A DNA stretch of 64,000 nt, from assembly GCA_963762255.1 (NCBI GenBank), contig CAVXKA010000001.1:1184001-1248000 (forward strand), given 5' to 3'. Shown in pieces: positions 1 through 10,680 of the stretch (within the stretch, counting starts at the first letter, position 1; every line of letters starts with the position of its first letter). This stretch comes from Candidatus Eiseniibacteriota bacterium (GTDB lineage Bacteria; Eisenbacteria; RBG-16-71-46; JABDJR01). Position numbers and translations under genes: made by a program. The notes under the pieces were generated by a model. The model made no database searches. It had not been told where the DNA came from and was given only the letters and a program-made list of their open reading frames with translations.

Positions 1-606
1 ACCCCGACAGCGTCCCACCCGGCACGATCGCCCACATGGCGGTCATCGCGACGGAGATCAAGCGGGCCTTCGCGCTTCCTCTGGGCGTGAACGTGCTGCG
101 CAACGACGGCCTGGCCGCGCTGGCCGTCGCGGACGCCGCCGGCGCCGACTTCATCCGCGTCAACATCCTCTGCGGCGCGCGCATCGCCGACCAAGGGATC
201 ATCCAGGGGCGCGCGCACGAGATCCTGCGTGAGCGGGCCCGGCTGGGCGCGCAGAGCATCAAGATCCTCGCCGACGTTTCGGTCAAGCACTCCGCGCCGT
301 TCACCGCGATCGCGCTGGCGGATGAAGTCGAGGACACCGTGCAACGCGCGCTCGCCGACGGGCTCGTCGTATCCGGCACCGGCACCGGCAAGCCGGTCGA
401 CGTCGAGCACCTGCGCGCGGTGCGCGCCGCGGCTGGCGGAGTGCCGGTGTTCGTGGGAAGCGGGGCGTCGTCGGAGACGGCAGGCATTCTGCGGGATCAC
501 GCCGACGGCTTCATCGTCGGCACCTCGCATCAAGCGAGACGGCAAGGTGGGAAACCCGGTGGACGTGGAGCGCGTGCGGCGCTTCGTGGCGGCCTGCCGC
601 GGTTAG
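1..606 (+). CDS. BtpA/SgcQ family TIM-barrel protein, 5'-truncated by window edge, apparent +1 frameshift near 525
   Basis: GVNVLRND, ADFIRVN, ILADVSVKH and ADGLVVSG motifs in ORF 36+. The natural C-terminus (IKRDGKVGNPVDVERVRRF) is in the 229..606 frame. Confidence 0.85.
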
Positions 607-1274
607 ACTGCCGGTGCGCAGGTCCCGTTCGCGGACGCCCGCCGTTGAAGCGCCCCCGCGTCCAGAACCTGGAGATGCCCTCGGCTGGTGGCCACCCAAC
701 CCGACCGCTCGAACCCTTTGATCTCGCGGATCGCGGTCTCCACCGTGACCCCGGCAAGCTCGCCCAGCTCGCGACGCGTGAGCGGGAGATCCTCGCCGAG
801 CTTCTCCACCATGCTCAGGATCTTGGCTGCCACCCGCGCTCCCGCATCGGAGCCGCACTCCTGACAGGCCACGTCGCGCAGGCTCAGGCTGAATCGCTCG
901 AGAACGGTCTGACCGAAGCGCGGATAGCTGGTCAGGCACTCCCGGAACAAGGCGGCGGAGACGCGCAGGACCGTGCTCGAGGACACCGCGATCGCGCTGA
1001 CCGGATACGGTCGCCGGTCGAGGATGGGAAGGCAGCAGAACGTATCGCCGGGGGCGTGCACGCAGACCGCAAAGACCCTTCCGTCCGGCCGCAGATGCTG
1101 AAGATGAACGCGCCCTCGCAGAACGGTGAAGGCGAAGTGGGAGGTGGCCCCCTCCTCGAAGAGGACTTCGCCCTTCTTGACCTCCAACTCAACCGCCTCC
1201 GCCGCGATCCGGCGGTAGATGGGCGCGGGGAGGAGATCGTAGGGGAGACCGGGTGGCATGCTCGGACGAGTCAT
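603..1274 (-). CDS. Crp/Fnr family transcriptional regulator
   Basis: cNMP-binding-like N-terminus (KKGEVLFEEG) and C-terminal HTH LTRRELGELAGVTVETAIR. Start chosen at ATG 1274. Confidence 0.85.
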   Translation of the reverse strand: MTRPSMPPGLPYDLLPAPIYRRIAAEAVELEVKKGEVLFEEGATSHFAFTVLRGRVHLQHLRPDGRVFAVCVHAPGDTFCCLPILDRRPYPVSAIAVSSSTVLRVSAALFRECLTSYPRFGQTVLERFSLSLRDVACQECGSDAGARVAAKILSMVEKLGEDLPLTRRELGELAGVTVETAIREIKGFERSGWVATSRGHLQVLDAGALQRRASANGTCAPAV

Positions 1275-1414
1275 CTTTGGATTTCCTTGGCCGGGAACGC
1301 TAAGACACCTCTGAATCCGTGTCAAGTGAATGTTAGTTAATGAGATAGAGAATCAAGAGGGAGGCGGCCTCTGGGCGCCCCATACGAAAATCGTCCTCCC
1401 TGGGAGTATCTTCC

Positions 1415-1915
1415 GTGGAGGGTATGTATCTCTCCATCATGAACACCACGATTGGCCAGTCCATCCAACAGCGGCGCCCCTTCTCATCTGCCGAGGTCGA
1501 GCCCTTTCTCACCCTGGCCAGGGCCTGGCAGGTCGTGGCGGAGCGGGCAAACGCTCCCATCTGCGCTGCGGGGCTCTCCGTGCCTCAGTACAACGTCCTG
1601 CGCATTCTGCGCGGGGCCGAACCCGAGGGGCTGCAGACCTACGAGGTCGCCGAACGGATGGTCGCGCGGGCCCCGAACATCACCCGCCTCGTGGACAAAC
1701 TCGAGGTCGGGGCTTTGCTCACTCGGACCCGGTCCACCGAGGACCGCCGGGTGGTCAGGCTTCGCATCACGGCCCAGGGCATGCAACTCCTCGATCGTCT
1801 CGACGCCCCGGTGGGTGCGAGCGTGAAGGACGCCATGCAGGGTTTGAACGCCGCGGAGCTCGAAGAGCTGCGCCGCCTTCTCGATCGGTTGCGCGAACCC
1901 CTTGAACAAGAGTGA
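1415..1915 (+). CDS. MarR family transcriptional regulator
   Basis: GLSVPQYNVLRIL...NITRLVDKLE...EDRRVVRLRITAQG. Start uncertain. Confidence 0.9.
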   Translation: MEGMYLSIMNTTIGQSIQQRRPFSSAEVEPFLTLARAWQVVAERANAPICAAGLSVPQYNVLRILRGAEPEGLQTYEVAERMVARAPNITRLVDKLEVGALLTRTRSTEDRRVVRLRITAQGMQLLDRLDAPVGASVKDAMQGLNAAELEELRRLLDRLREPLEQE

Positions 1916-1946
1916 ACCAAGACAATTGCCCTCGAAAGGAAAAACC

Positions 1947-2555
1947 ATGAAACGCTCCTTCATTCCGACAATCACGCTGGCTACTCTGGCCTTCGTCCCC
2001 AATCTGGCCGCGGCCGAGACCTGGGATATCGACCCCACGCACACCTCGGTGGGCTTCGAGGTGCGCCACCTCTTCACGAAGGTGGCGGGCAAGTTCAACG
2101 AAGTGAGCGGGACCATCGTCTTCGACCCGGCCAATCCAACCGCCGCGTCCGCCACGATCACGATCCCGACGGCGAGCATCGACACGAAGAACGACCGACG
2201 CGACACCCACCTCAAGAGCGCGGACTTCTTCGACGCCGCGAACAACCCGACCATCACCTTCAAGAGCACGAAGGTCGAGAAGGCGGGCGAGAGCACGTTC
2301 AAGGTGACCGGCGATCTCACCATGCGCGGCGTGACCAAGCCGACCGTGCTCGACGTGGAGTTCCTGGGCTCGGGGCCGCATCCCATGATCCCGGGCGGCA
2401 AGGTGGCGGGGTTCAGCGCGACCACCAAGGTCAACCGCAAGGACTTCGGCATCAACTGGAACAAGACCCTGGACACCGGCGGCACGCTCTTGAGCGACGA
2501 CGTGGACATCCGCATCGACGTGGAGGCCGTGCATAAGCCCGCCGAAGCGAAGTAG
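1947..2555 (+). CDS. YceI family periplasmic protein
   Basis: Signal peptide, WDIDPTHTSVGF, RDTHLKSADFFD, NRKDFGI. RBS AAGGA upstream. Confidence 0.92.
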   Translation: MKRSFIPTITLATLAFVPNLAAAETWDIDPTHTSVGFEVRHLFTKVAGKFNEVSGTIVFDPANPTAASATITIPTASIDTKNDRRDTHLKSADFFDAANNPTITFKSTKVEKAGESTFKVTGDLTMRGVTKPTVLDVEFLGSGPHPMIPGGKVAGFSATTKVNRKDFGINWNKTLDTGGTLLSDDVDIRIDVEAVHKPAEAK

Positions 2556-2565
2556 AATCCCCCGT

Positions 2566-3507
2566 GTGAATATCTGGTGGATCGTCGCCGCGGCGGTGGG
2601 GCTCGCAGGAGTTCCCATCGTCGCGGTTTCTCTCATCGCATGGAAGAGCTTCACCCCGCCGCGCACGGAGGGGGAGATCCCCGCGGACATCGTTCGCGAC
2701 CGGCTCGAATCGGTCACGTTCCTCTGTGCCGGGCGAAACCTGAACGCGTGGATCTACAAACCGAGCGGCGATCCGCACGGCTTGGTCATCCTCGCGCATG
2801 GATGGGGGAGCACCGCGGCCAACATGCTGAATTGGTCACGGTTCCTCGCCGAGGGGGGCTGGGCCTCTCTGGCCTTCGACATGCGCGGTCACGGCCAGAG
2901 CGACGGCGGCGACTGCATGAGCCTGCCGCGCCTCACCGAGGACGTCGAGCAGGCCTCCGCCTTCGTCGATTCGCGCGCGGACCTCGCGCAGTTGCCCCGC
3001 GCGATCCTCGGCCATTCGATGGGGGGCGCGGCAGTGCTGTTGGCGCTATCGCGGGGTCTGCCCGCGCGAGCCGCCGTCATCTCCAGTTCGTTCGCCCGCG
3101 TGGAGACGGCCACCGACTACGTGCTCCGCAAGCGGCTTCTCCCTCCCGTGCTCTTCCGCCGAGTGGTGAAGGGGGTCTGGAGCGTGCGCCTGGGGCGGGG
3201 GATGGGTGCCTTGGAGCCCGAGCGCACCGTGCGAGGCGTCACGGTGCCGCTCCTCCTCACCCACGGCACGCAGGATCCCACGGTTCCGCTGCGCGAGCTG
3301 CGGCGGCTGGAGGCCTCGGCGGATCCCCGCCTGACCGAGGTTCTGCTCGTTCCCGGCGCCGCGCACTCCAACCTGACGGAGTTTCCGGCCTACCGCGACG
3401 GAGTGCTGCGGTTTTTGGAGGAGCGGCTTGGTGGAGCGGCGCAGCCCGGCGAGGCAGTAAGGCTCAGCGTGACGGGCGGCATCTATCCCCGCGAGAATGC
3501 GAAATAG
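2566..3507 (+). CDS. Membrane-anchored alpha/beta hydrolase
   Basis: N-terminal TM segment, HGWG, DMRGHGQS, GHSMGG nucleophile elbow, HGTQD and H motifs. Confidence 0.88.
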   Translation: MNIWWIVAAAVGLAGVPIVAVSLIAWKSFTPPRTEGEIPADIVRDRLESVTFLCAGRNLNAWIYKPSGDPHGLVILAHGWGSTAANMLNWSRFLAEGGWASLAFDMRGHGQSDGGDCMSLPRLTEDVEQASAFVDSRADLAQLPRAILGHSMGGAAVLLALSRGLPARAAVISSSFARVETATDYVLRKRLLPPVLFRRVVKGVWSVRLGRGMGALEPERTVRGVTVPLLLTHGTQDPTVPLRELRRLEASADPRLTEVLLVPGAAHSNLTEFPAYRDGVLRFLEERLGGAAQPGEAVRLSVTGGIYPRENAK

Positions 3508-3636
3508 GCGCATTTCGCACCGTGAATCCCAAAGATTGAGCGGCCCCGGCCGATGGATTAGACTAGTGCGGACGCGATTCCCAGGCGGGCTGCGGGGATC
3601 GGGAGATCCGCGTGTGCGTTGGGTGAGGGTTCACGC

Positions 3637-4674
3637 ATGAAGAGGTCGTTTCGCCGGATGAGCGTCGTCCTGAGCGTCCTCCTGGCGTTCGTCGCCGGGA
3701 CGTCGGCGCAATGCGACCCGCTCCCGGCCTCCTCTCCCGCCGCGGCCTCCTCACTCGCCACGGTCTGCCCGGACACGCTCCGCCTCGCCACCGGTTCCGT
3801 GGGCGGCACCTTCCTTCCCGTCGGTCACGATCTCGCGGAGTGGTTGAACGTTGCCTTGCCCGGTTTCGTGATCGTCATCGACACCACCGCCGGCTCCGTG
3901 GACAACATAGAGCGCCTCGTCCGCGGCCAGGCCGACATCGCGATCGTGGCCGGACACCCCTTCCGCGAAGTGCTGAGAGGCCACGGGACGATGGCCGACG
4001 AGGCGCAGAACCTCTGCACGATCGGCACGCTCTACGAGGACGCGGAGCAGTTCGTGGTGCGCAGCTCGCTCGTGCGGGCGGGGAACCTGCTCGACCTGAG
4101 CGGACTCCTCATGTACCCCGGTCCGCACAACAGCGGCGGCGAGCTGGATACGCGCCGCATCCTCACCGCGCTCGGCATCGAGCCCCGCTACGTCTACGTG
4201 GACGAGCGCGACAAGGGGTACACCGCCGCGGCGGAGGCGCTAGTGGCGGGCGGTTTCGACGCGTGCACGTTCTCGGGCGGCGTTCCGATCGTGGCTCTCA
4301 CGGAGCTCTTGCGGGACCATCCCGGCGAGTACACGATCCTTCCCTTCACGCGGCACATGCTGAATCGCTTGCAGCATTACGAGAAGGGATTCGAGGGCGT
4401 GATGATCCACCCCGAGGACTATCCGGGGCTCACGCGCGACATCCAATCGGTGGGCGGGCCCAACATGCTGGTGGCCGGCGCGAACCTGCGCGAGGAGATC
4501 GTGGCTGCCCTCGACAGCGCGATCCGCCAGGGGATCAGCGTGCCGGGACAGGGGTTGCGCGCCAGCGACGTGCACATGGTCTTGCAGGCGCTGGATGCCG
4601 CCCTCTGGAACCAGACGACGGTGGGGACGCGCTGTCAGCTTCCCGCGACCGCCGGCCTTCCCAGCACGCCGTAG
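3637..4674 (+). CDS. TAXI-family TRAP solute-binding protein
   Basis: LATGSVGGTF, TAGSVDNI, signal peptide. No permease gene adjacent. Confidence 0.8.
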   Translation: MKRSFRRMSVVLSVLLAFVAGTSAQCDPLPASSPAAASSLATVCPDTLRLATGSVGGTFLPVGHDLAEWLNVALPGFVIVIDTTAGSVDNIERLVRGQADIAIVAGHPFREVLRGHGTMADEAQNLCTIGTLYEDAEQFVVRSSLVRAGNLLDLSGLLMYPGPHNSGGELDTRRILTALGIEPRYVYVDERDKGYTAAAEALVAGGFDACTFSGGVPIVALTELLRDHPGEYTILPFTRHMLNRLQHYEKGFEGVMIHPEDYPGLTRDIQSVGGPNMLVAGANLREEIVAALDSAIRQGISVPGQGLRASDVHMVLQALDAALWNQTTVGTRCQLPATAGLPSTP

Positions 4675-4719
4675 CGCTCCGCGGGTCCGCCCCCTGCGCG
4701 CGGCTACTTCAGCGGGCGT

Positions 4720-6093
4720 CTATTCCAACGCGGCCAGGCTTGCCAGCAATTCCTCGTTCGTCGAGTGCCGCTGCATGAGCTTCAAGAGGCCGAGCATCGC
4801 CTGATCCGGCGGATACGACGCGGCCAGCCGACGCAGCTTGTGGAGCCGGCCGACCTGATCCTCCGGGTAGAGCTTCTCTTCCTTGCGCGTCCCGCTCTTG
4901 CCGATGTCGACCGACGGGAAGATGCGCTTCTCGAAGAGATCGCGCGAGAGCACGAGTTCCGTGTTCCCGGTCCCCTTGAACTCCTGGAAGATGACCTCGT
5001 CCATGCGAGATCCCGTGTCCACGAGGGCCGTACCGAGGATGGTGAGGCTTCCCCCGTCCTCGACCTTGCGCGCCGCGCCAAAGATCTGGCGCGGAGCAAG
5101 CATGGTGGTGGCGTCGAGACCGCCGCTCAACGTGCGCCCCGAGTTCCCCTGCACCGTGTTGTAGGCGCGGGCGAGTCGGGTGATCGAGTCGAGCAGCAGC
5201 ACCACGTCCTTGCCCTCCAGCACCGGCGGGACGATCGTGTTGATGCAATCCTCGGTGATGGAGATGTGGTCGCGCGTCGACATGTCGCTGGAAGCGGCGT
5301 AGACGGTGGCGTGGGTGCTGCGGCGGAAGTGGGTGACTTCCTCCGGGCGCTCGTCCACGAGGAGCGCGTACACGGCCACTTCCGGGTGGTTCACGTGCAG
5401 CGCTTCCGCGACCTGGATCAGGATCGTGGTCTTGCCCGCCTTGGGCGGGGAGACGATGAGCGCGCGCTGGCCGCGCCCGATGGGGGCGATGAGGTCGAGC
5501 ACGCGCATCGATACCTGATCCGGCGTGGTCTCGAGCTGATAGCGCTGATGGGGATCGATGGTCACCTGCTGCTGCAAGAGCTTCAGGATATCGAGTCCCT
5601 TGGGCCGCTCCGGTCCGGCGATGCGGCCGGATTGGATGGGCCGACGGCGATTGTTGAAATTGCTGCGGCGCGCTTCCTGGTTCTCGGCAGCGCCGAGGCG
5701 GGAGGCGGTGGCGTCGCGGATGCCCTCGGGGCGCGGGCCCCGCGAGTCGACGCGGCGACGGCGGCGTCGCGGCGGAGGCCCCTGGCTCCTGGGGGCGCCT
5801 GCCGAAGGGCCGTTGTTGCCCCCGTCCGCGCCCTCGCGCGGAAGACGGCGACGGTGGCGCATCTGCTGCTGCGGCGGGCCCTCGGGGGAGCCCTCCGGAC
5901 GCGGAGGGCGGGGAACGTCACCCGAGGGAGCGGGGTTGCCTTCACCTCGGATCCGGCGGAGCACCTCACGGGTTTCCGTGGCGGCCGGTGCCGGCTCCCC
6001 ATCCCCACCAGGGGTATAGGGTGCATCGGAGTCCGAGCGAATACGCCGGCGGCGCACGCGGCGCGGGCGCCGGGGTTGTCTTTCTTCAAACAT
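4720..6093 (-). CDS. rho: Transcription termination factor Rho (atypical Arg-rich N-terminus)
   Basis: PIGRGQRALIVSPPKAGKTT, DERPEEVT, DSITRLARAYN, FQEFKGTGN, SGTRKEE. Confidence 0.93.
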   Translation of the reverse strand: MFEERQPRRPRRVRRRRIRSDSDAPYTPGGDGEPAPAATETREVLRRIRGEGNPAPSGDVPRPPRPEGSPEGPPQQQMRHRRRLPREGADGGNNGPSAGAPRSQGPPPRRRRRRVDSRGPRPEGIRDATASRLGAAENQEARRSNFNNRRRPIQSGRIAGPERPKGLDILKLLQQQVTIDPHQRYQLETTPDQVSMRVLDLIAPIGRGQRALIVSPPKAGKTTILIQVAEALHVNHPEVAVYALLVDERPEEVTHFRRSTHATVYAASSDMSTRDHISITEDCINTIVPPVLEGKDVVLLLDSITRLARAYNTVQGNSGRTLSGGLDATTMLAPRQIFGAARKVEDGGSLTILGTALVDTGSRMDEVIFQEFKGTGNTELVLSRDLFEKRIFPSVDIGKSGTRKEEKLYPEDQVGRLHKLRRLAASYPPDQAMLGLLKLMQRHSTNEELLASLAALE

Positions 6094-6498
6094 GGTTGTT
6101 CTTCATCCCTCGAAGGTTGGGACTTCTAGCGACAAGCTGAGTTGGACTGATCGTATCTGGACGATCGGTGTCACGCTCCGGTAGTCGCGCGGAATATGGC
6201 GCGACCGCTAAGTCAACCGGGGCCGGTATTCAACTTAAGGGGCCGGTTCAAGGTTGAATCACCGGACGGGGCTAATCGACTTCCCGCTCCGGCCTGCTAC
6301 GCCCACGTCATGGGGGCGGAGGCCGGGGTCTCGGAAGCGTCGGGCTGGGTCCGCCGCTCCTGGCCCTCGTTATCGGCGGCGACCCAAGGCCCCATTAGGA
6401 TGCACGCTCCGAGGCGCCTCGTCCAGCATTTCCTTAGTTCTTTCGAGGGGCGGGCCCCCAGGCCCCTGCCGCGACTCCGCAACGCGGGCCGCGCGCCC

Positions 6499-8326
6499 CT
6501 ACTCCTTCTCCCGCCGCCTGACCGGCCGCTCGTTGGCCTTCAGGATGCGCTTACGCAACCTGAGCGACTTGGGCGTGACCTCCAGGAGTTCGTCCTCGGC
6601 AATAAATTCCAGGTTCTGCTCCAGAGACAGCACGCGCGGCGGGACCAGCTTGGTGGTGATCTCGGAAGTGGAAGAGCGCATGTTGCTGAGCTTCTTCTCC
6701 TTCACGATGTTGACGTTGATGTCGTCCTCGCGCGAGTTCTCGCCGATGATCATCCCCTCGTACACGGAGAGCCCCGGCTCCACGAAGATGTCGCCGCGCG
6801 ACTGCAAGTGCTCGATCGCGTAGGCGGTGACGGGGCCGGTGCGATCGGCCACCAGGGCGCCGGTCGTGCGGTGCGGGATGTCGCCCGTCCACGGAGCGTA
6901 GCCGGCGAAGAGGTGGTTCATGATGCCGGTGCCGCGCGTGTCGGTGAGGAACTCGGTGCGGTAGCCGATGAGTCCCCGCGAAGGGACGTCGAACTCCAGG
7001 CGCACGCGGCCGCTGCCGTGGTTGACCATCTTGGTCATGCGTCCCTTGCGCATGCTGAGCTTCTGCGTGACCGCGCCCACGTAGTCGTCGGGGACGTCCA
7101 CCACCACGTCTTCCATCGGCTCGTGGATGGCGTCGTTGACGATCTTGGTGATGACGGTGGGCTTGCCCACGCTCATCTCGTAGCCCTCGCGGCGCATGGT
7201 TTCGATGAGGATGGCGAGCTGCAGTTCGCCGCGGCCGGAGACCTTGAAGGCGTCGGTGGTCGCGCCTTCCTCCAGTCGCGAGCGCGACGTTGCGGTGCAT
7301 CTCGCGTTCCAGGCGCTCGCGCAGGTGGCGCGAGGTGACGTAGTTGCCGTCGCGGCCGGAGAACGGCGAATCGTTGATCGTGAAGACCATGGAGATCGTG
7401 GGCTCGTCCACGATGATGGGGGGAAGCGGCATCGGGTTCTCGACGTCGGTGACGGTCTCGCCGATGTCGATCGCCTCGAGGCCGGCGATGGCCACCAGAT
7501 CGCCGGGGTTGGCTTCGGCGACCTCCGTGCGCTTCAGCCCTTCGAAGCCGTAGAGCTTGGTGATCTGGCCCTTGACCACGGTGCCGTCGCGGCGGCAGAC
7601 GGCCACGATGTCGCGCGCGCGGATGCGGCCGTTGACCACGCGGCCCAACGCGACGCGGCCCACGTAGTCATCGTAGTCGTAGTTGGCGATCAGGACCTGC
7701 AGCGGCGCGTCAGGATCTCCCTGCGGAGCGGGGATGAACTTGTTGATGGTCTTGAAGAGCGGCTCCAGGTTCTCCTGGGGATCGGTGAGCTTGAGGGCGC
7801 AGGTGCCCTCGCGGGCGACGGCGTAGAGGACGGGGAACTCGATCTGGTGCTCGCCGGCGTCGAGGTCGATGTAGAGGTCGTAGATCTCGTTCAAGACCTC
7901 TTCCACGCGCGCGTCCTTGCGATCGATCTTGTTGATGACCACGATCGAGGGGAGGTGCAGCTCCAGGGCCTTTCCCAGCACGAATCGCGTTTGCGGCAGG
8001 GGCCCCTCCGAGGCGTCCACGAGGAGGAGGATGCCGTCCACGAGCTTCAGGATGCGCTCAACCTCGCCGCCGAAGTCGGCGTGGCCGGGGGTGTCGAGGA
8101 TGTTGACCTTGACCCCGCCGTGGATGACGGCGGTGTTCTTGGACATGATCGTGATGCCCTTTTCGCGCTCCAGGTCGTTGGAGTCCATGACCCGCTCCAC
8201 GACCTCCTGGTTCTCGCGGAAGACGCCGCTTTGCCAGAGCATGGCGTCGACGAGGGTGGTCTTGCCGTGGTCCACGTGGGCCACGATGGCGATGTTGCGC
8301 AGGTCATTGCGGACGGTCTGAGCCAT
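6499..8326 (-). CDS. typA: Translational GTPase TypA/BipA, split by a +1 frameshift near 7280
   Basis: [36 protein letters not shown]. The C-terminal part (MRREGYE...[11 protein letters not shown]) is in the 6499..7197 frame. Confidence 0.93.
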
Positions 8327-8591
8327 GGGGTTCTCTGAAGCCTCCGAAGGGCGTTGTGGGACTAGAGCTTGGCGTCCTGGCGCGGCTGGCCGGCGGTTCT
8401 GAAGCCGGTACTGCTTGCGAGCCGGGGCCGGGATCTAATGGCAAAAGGGAGCGCGCCCCGTGCGGCGCACGTCAGGGCAGGCAAATCATTCGGCGGAGGA
8501 GAGTAGCAGGAAGGGGAGGGGGAGGCAAGGGAGGGGGGCAGGGACTTTCAGGGTAGCTCCCGATTCACCAAGTCTGAACAAGCCACACCGT

Positions 8592-8620
8592 TATTAAGAC
8601 TTCGCCCGCAAGTCTTAATA
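8592..8620. repeat. Perfect 11-bp inverted repeat with 7-bp spacer
   Basis: TATTAAGACTT-cgcccgc-AAGTCTTAATA, AT-rich in a GC-rich background. Confidence 0.8.
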
Positions 8621-8790
8621 GGGTTTTGATGCAGGTGCAACCGCTTTCAGAATAGGTGGTCCCGGTGGTCACGGAGCCTCATGGGGGCTGGTGGTGGCTC
8701 CGGGAGAGGAGGAAGCAACCCAGCGCGACACCGTCTTGGCCCCCTTGTTTGCGGGGGCGAAAACAATGCCGAGCACTATTAGCGGAACCG

Positions 8791-8988
8791 GCCCTTTTCG
8801 CGCTCCAGGCCGTTGGAGTCCAGGACCCCCTCCAGGACCTGCTAGTTCTCGCGAAAGACGCCGCTCTGCCAGAGCATGGCGTCGACGAGGGTCGTATTTC
8901 GGGCCAGTGAACGCGCCCCGTGCGGCGCACGTCAGGGCAGGCGAATCATTAGGCAAAAGGGGGTAGCAGAAGATGGGGTGGAGGCAAG
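8791..8988 (-). pseudogene. Degenerate duplicate of the typA 5' coding segment and upstream region
   Basis: 8791-8892 matches 8156-8257 (8 mismatches in 102 bp by eye, including an in-frame TAG). About 8909-8988 matches about 8449-8528. Confidence 0.85.
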
Positions 8989-9051
8989 TGGGGGCTACGA
9001 AGGCGCGTGCCCGTTTGTGTGCCGCCATCGTGAGGTGGGGCTTGCCTCCCT

Positions 9052-10680
9052 CTAAACGCTTAACAGCTGATGGTTTCCCGCTGTGAGTTCGACGACGAGG
9101 GCTTCGAGGAGGTCCGCGGCAATGGCGCGGGAGGCGGCGAGATGCGTTTCCAACTCGTCCACCAATGCCATCAGTTGCTCCACTTTGGCCACGATCCGGC
9201 GTTGTTCGGCGAGGGGTGGGATGGGAACGGCAATAGCGTTCAGTTCCATCTGGTTGATCTTTGGCATCGCGACCCGCGTGGCCGTCTTCACTGCCTGCAC
9301 AAGGTAGGATTCTGACAGCATGTAACGCTGAAGGTAGAACGCGTCGATAAGCGCATCAATGGGATACATGTCGGCGCTACACAGACCGTCGAATTCAACG
9401 ACCACGACCTTGGCCAAGTTTGGGCGGATTTTTGAATAGACGACTTGGCCCCGATAAAACCGATGGTTCGCACTGATGACCTTGTCCTCGCGCACCGTCG
9501 CACACGGCAGGAGCACACCAGTTCCCTTTTCGATGTTGTCTGGAGCGAGGTGGGTGAAATCCAAGAAGGCATCGGGTTTCACCAGACTGGAGGCGATGAT
9601 TGCCACATCGCGGAAGCGAGCCCACGTCCAATTGTCGGGGAGTTCGTATTGCAGTGCCTCTGCCGGGAGCGGCGAAAGAGGGGCGGCCTGGCGACGATGC
9701 TGCTCGGGAGTGAGTTCGCGGGCGATGCGTTCGATCAGCTCTTCCGCCGGTTCGTCGTTGGGGTTTTGGGGGACGAGTTTACCTTGGACGGCGAGGGTGA
9801 GGATGGATTTACGGAGGTCGGCGGCCGAGATGGAGTAGGACTTGTGGAAAATGAAATTGAGGTTGGCTGGCACAGGAGCCTCGGCAAAGCGGGCCAGCGA
9901 CGCGTGGGCGAGTGCGGCGTGTCGCGTCTCCCGTTCATGCTGCTGCGCCTCTAGCCGATCACACAACGCCATCAACTCATCCACCTTCGCCACGATCCGC
10001 TTCTGTTCAGCGAGGGGTGGAACAGGAATCTGGAAGCCGTCTAAGTCTCCCTTTGATATGGCGACAAAGGTAGAACCAACACCCATGCTTGCGATTGAGC
10101 GCTCCAAGGCCCGAAGCACATACAGGAGATACATCTGGTCTCCCCCGAGGCTTCGGAGAGCGGTGAGTCCTCGGCCAATGCAAGACTTCTCCTGAAGAAC
10201 ATTGGTCGGACCCACGGGCGCTCGGACTGAGATCACTACGTCACCAGGCAACCCAATCTTTGTCGGTTGTGTGCACCAATCCGTTGCCGTGGGATAGAGG
10301 CGTCCAAACTGGGCCTTCCCTTGGTAGAAGGGTAACCCGTTCCGGGATTTGTTGTACGCACACGAGGGGGGGCTCTGCCCCATAATCACCGCAACGTAGA
10401 CCGACAAGGGTGCGCGGATCCAACCACTCGGCAACTCACTATCGAGCTGTTTCAAGAAGTTGAGGGCAGGTGTCTCGTCACGGACCACCTTAGCTGCTAC
10501 TAGTTGCCTTCGAGCTACGACAGCGCTTCGAATCAGACTGGAAGCTGGCTCGTCTCCAGCGTCTTGGCGGACGAGTCTGCCCTGAATAGCCCACTGCAGC
10601 ACCAACTCCCTCATCTTCCCCACCGCATTGGGTACGTCGGCGAACTGGTCGAACTTCTCGAAGAAGGTCTCCAGCTTCAT
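9052..10680 (-). CDS. hsdS: Type I restriction-modification specificity subunit
   Basis: Two TRDs, each followed by PPLAEQ(K/R)RIVAKV..LMAL; the GKLVPQ..NDEPA conserved block. Confidence 0.95.
   Translation of the reverse strand: MKLETFFEKFDQFADVPNAVGKMRELVLQWAIQGRLVRQDAGDEPASSLIRSAVVARRQLVAAKVVRDETPALNFLKQLDSELPSGWIRAPLSVYVAVIMGQSPPSCAYNKSRNGLPFYQGKAQFGRLYPTATDWCTQPTKIGLPGDVVISVRAPVGPTNVLQEKSCIGRGLTALRSLGGDQMYLLYVLRALERSIASMGVGSTFVAISKGDLDGFQIPVPPLAEQKRIVAKVDELMALCDRLEAQQHERETRHAALAHASLARFAEAPVPANLNFIFHKSYSISAADLRKSILTLAVQGKLVPQNPNDEPAEELIERIARELTPEQHRRQAAPLSPLPAEALQYELPDNWTWARFRDVAIIASSLVKPDAFLDFTHLAPDNIEKGTGVLLPCATVREDKVISANHRFYRGQVVYSKIRPNLAKVVVVEFDGLCSADMYPIDALIDAFYLQRYMLSESYLVQAVKTATRVAMPKINQMELNAIAVPIPPLAEQRRIVAKVEQLMALVDELETHLAASRAIAADLLEALVVELTAGNHQLLSV

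Noticed and set aside
36-1340. 434-aa ORF as one protein
   Set aside because: Frameshift read-through: after ~525 it runs antisense to the Crp/Fnr gene.
3637-4674. Orphan TAXI binding protein as a novel system
   Set aside because: Orphan solute-binding genes are common, and the permease may lie elsewhere.
6224-6266. Imperfect inverted repeat between typA and rho (CCGGTATTCAAC...GTTGAATCACCGG)
   Set aside because: Single copy, compatible with an ordinary terminator or leader hairpin; no family recognised.
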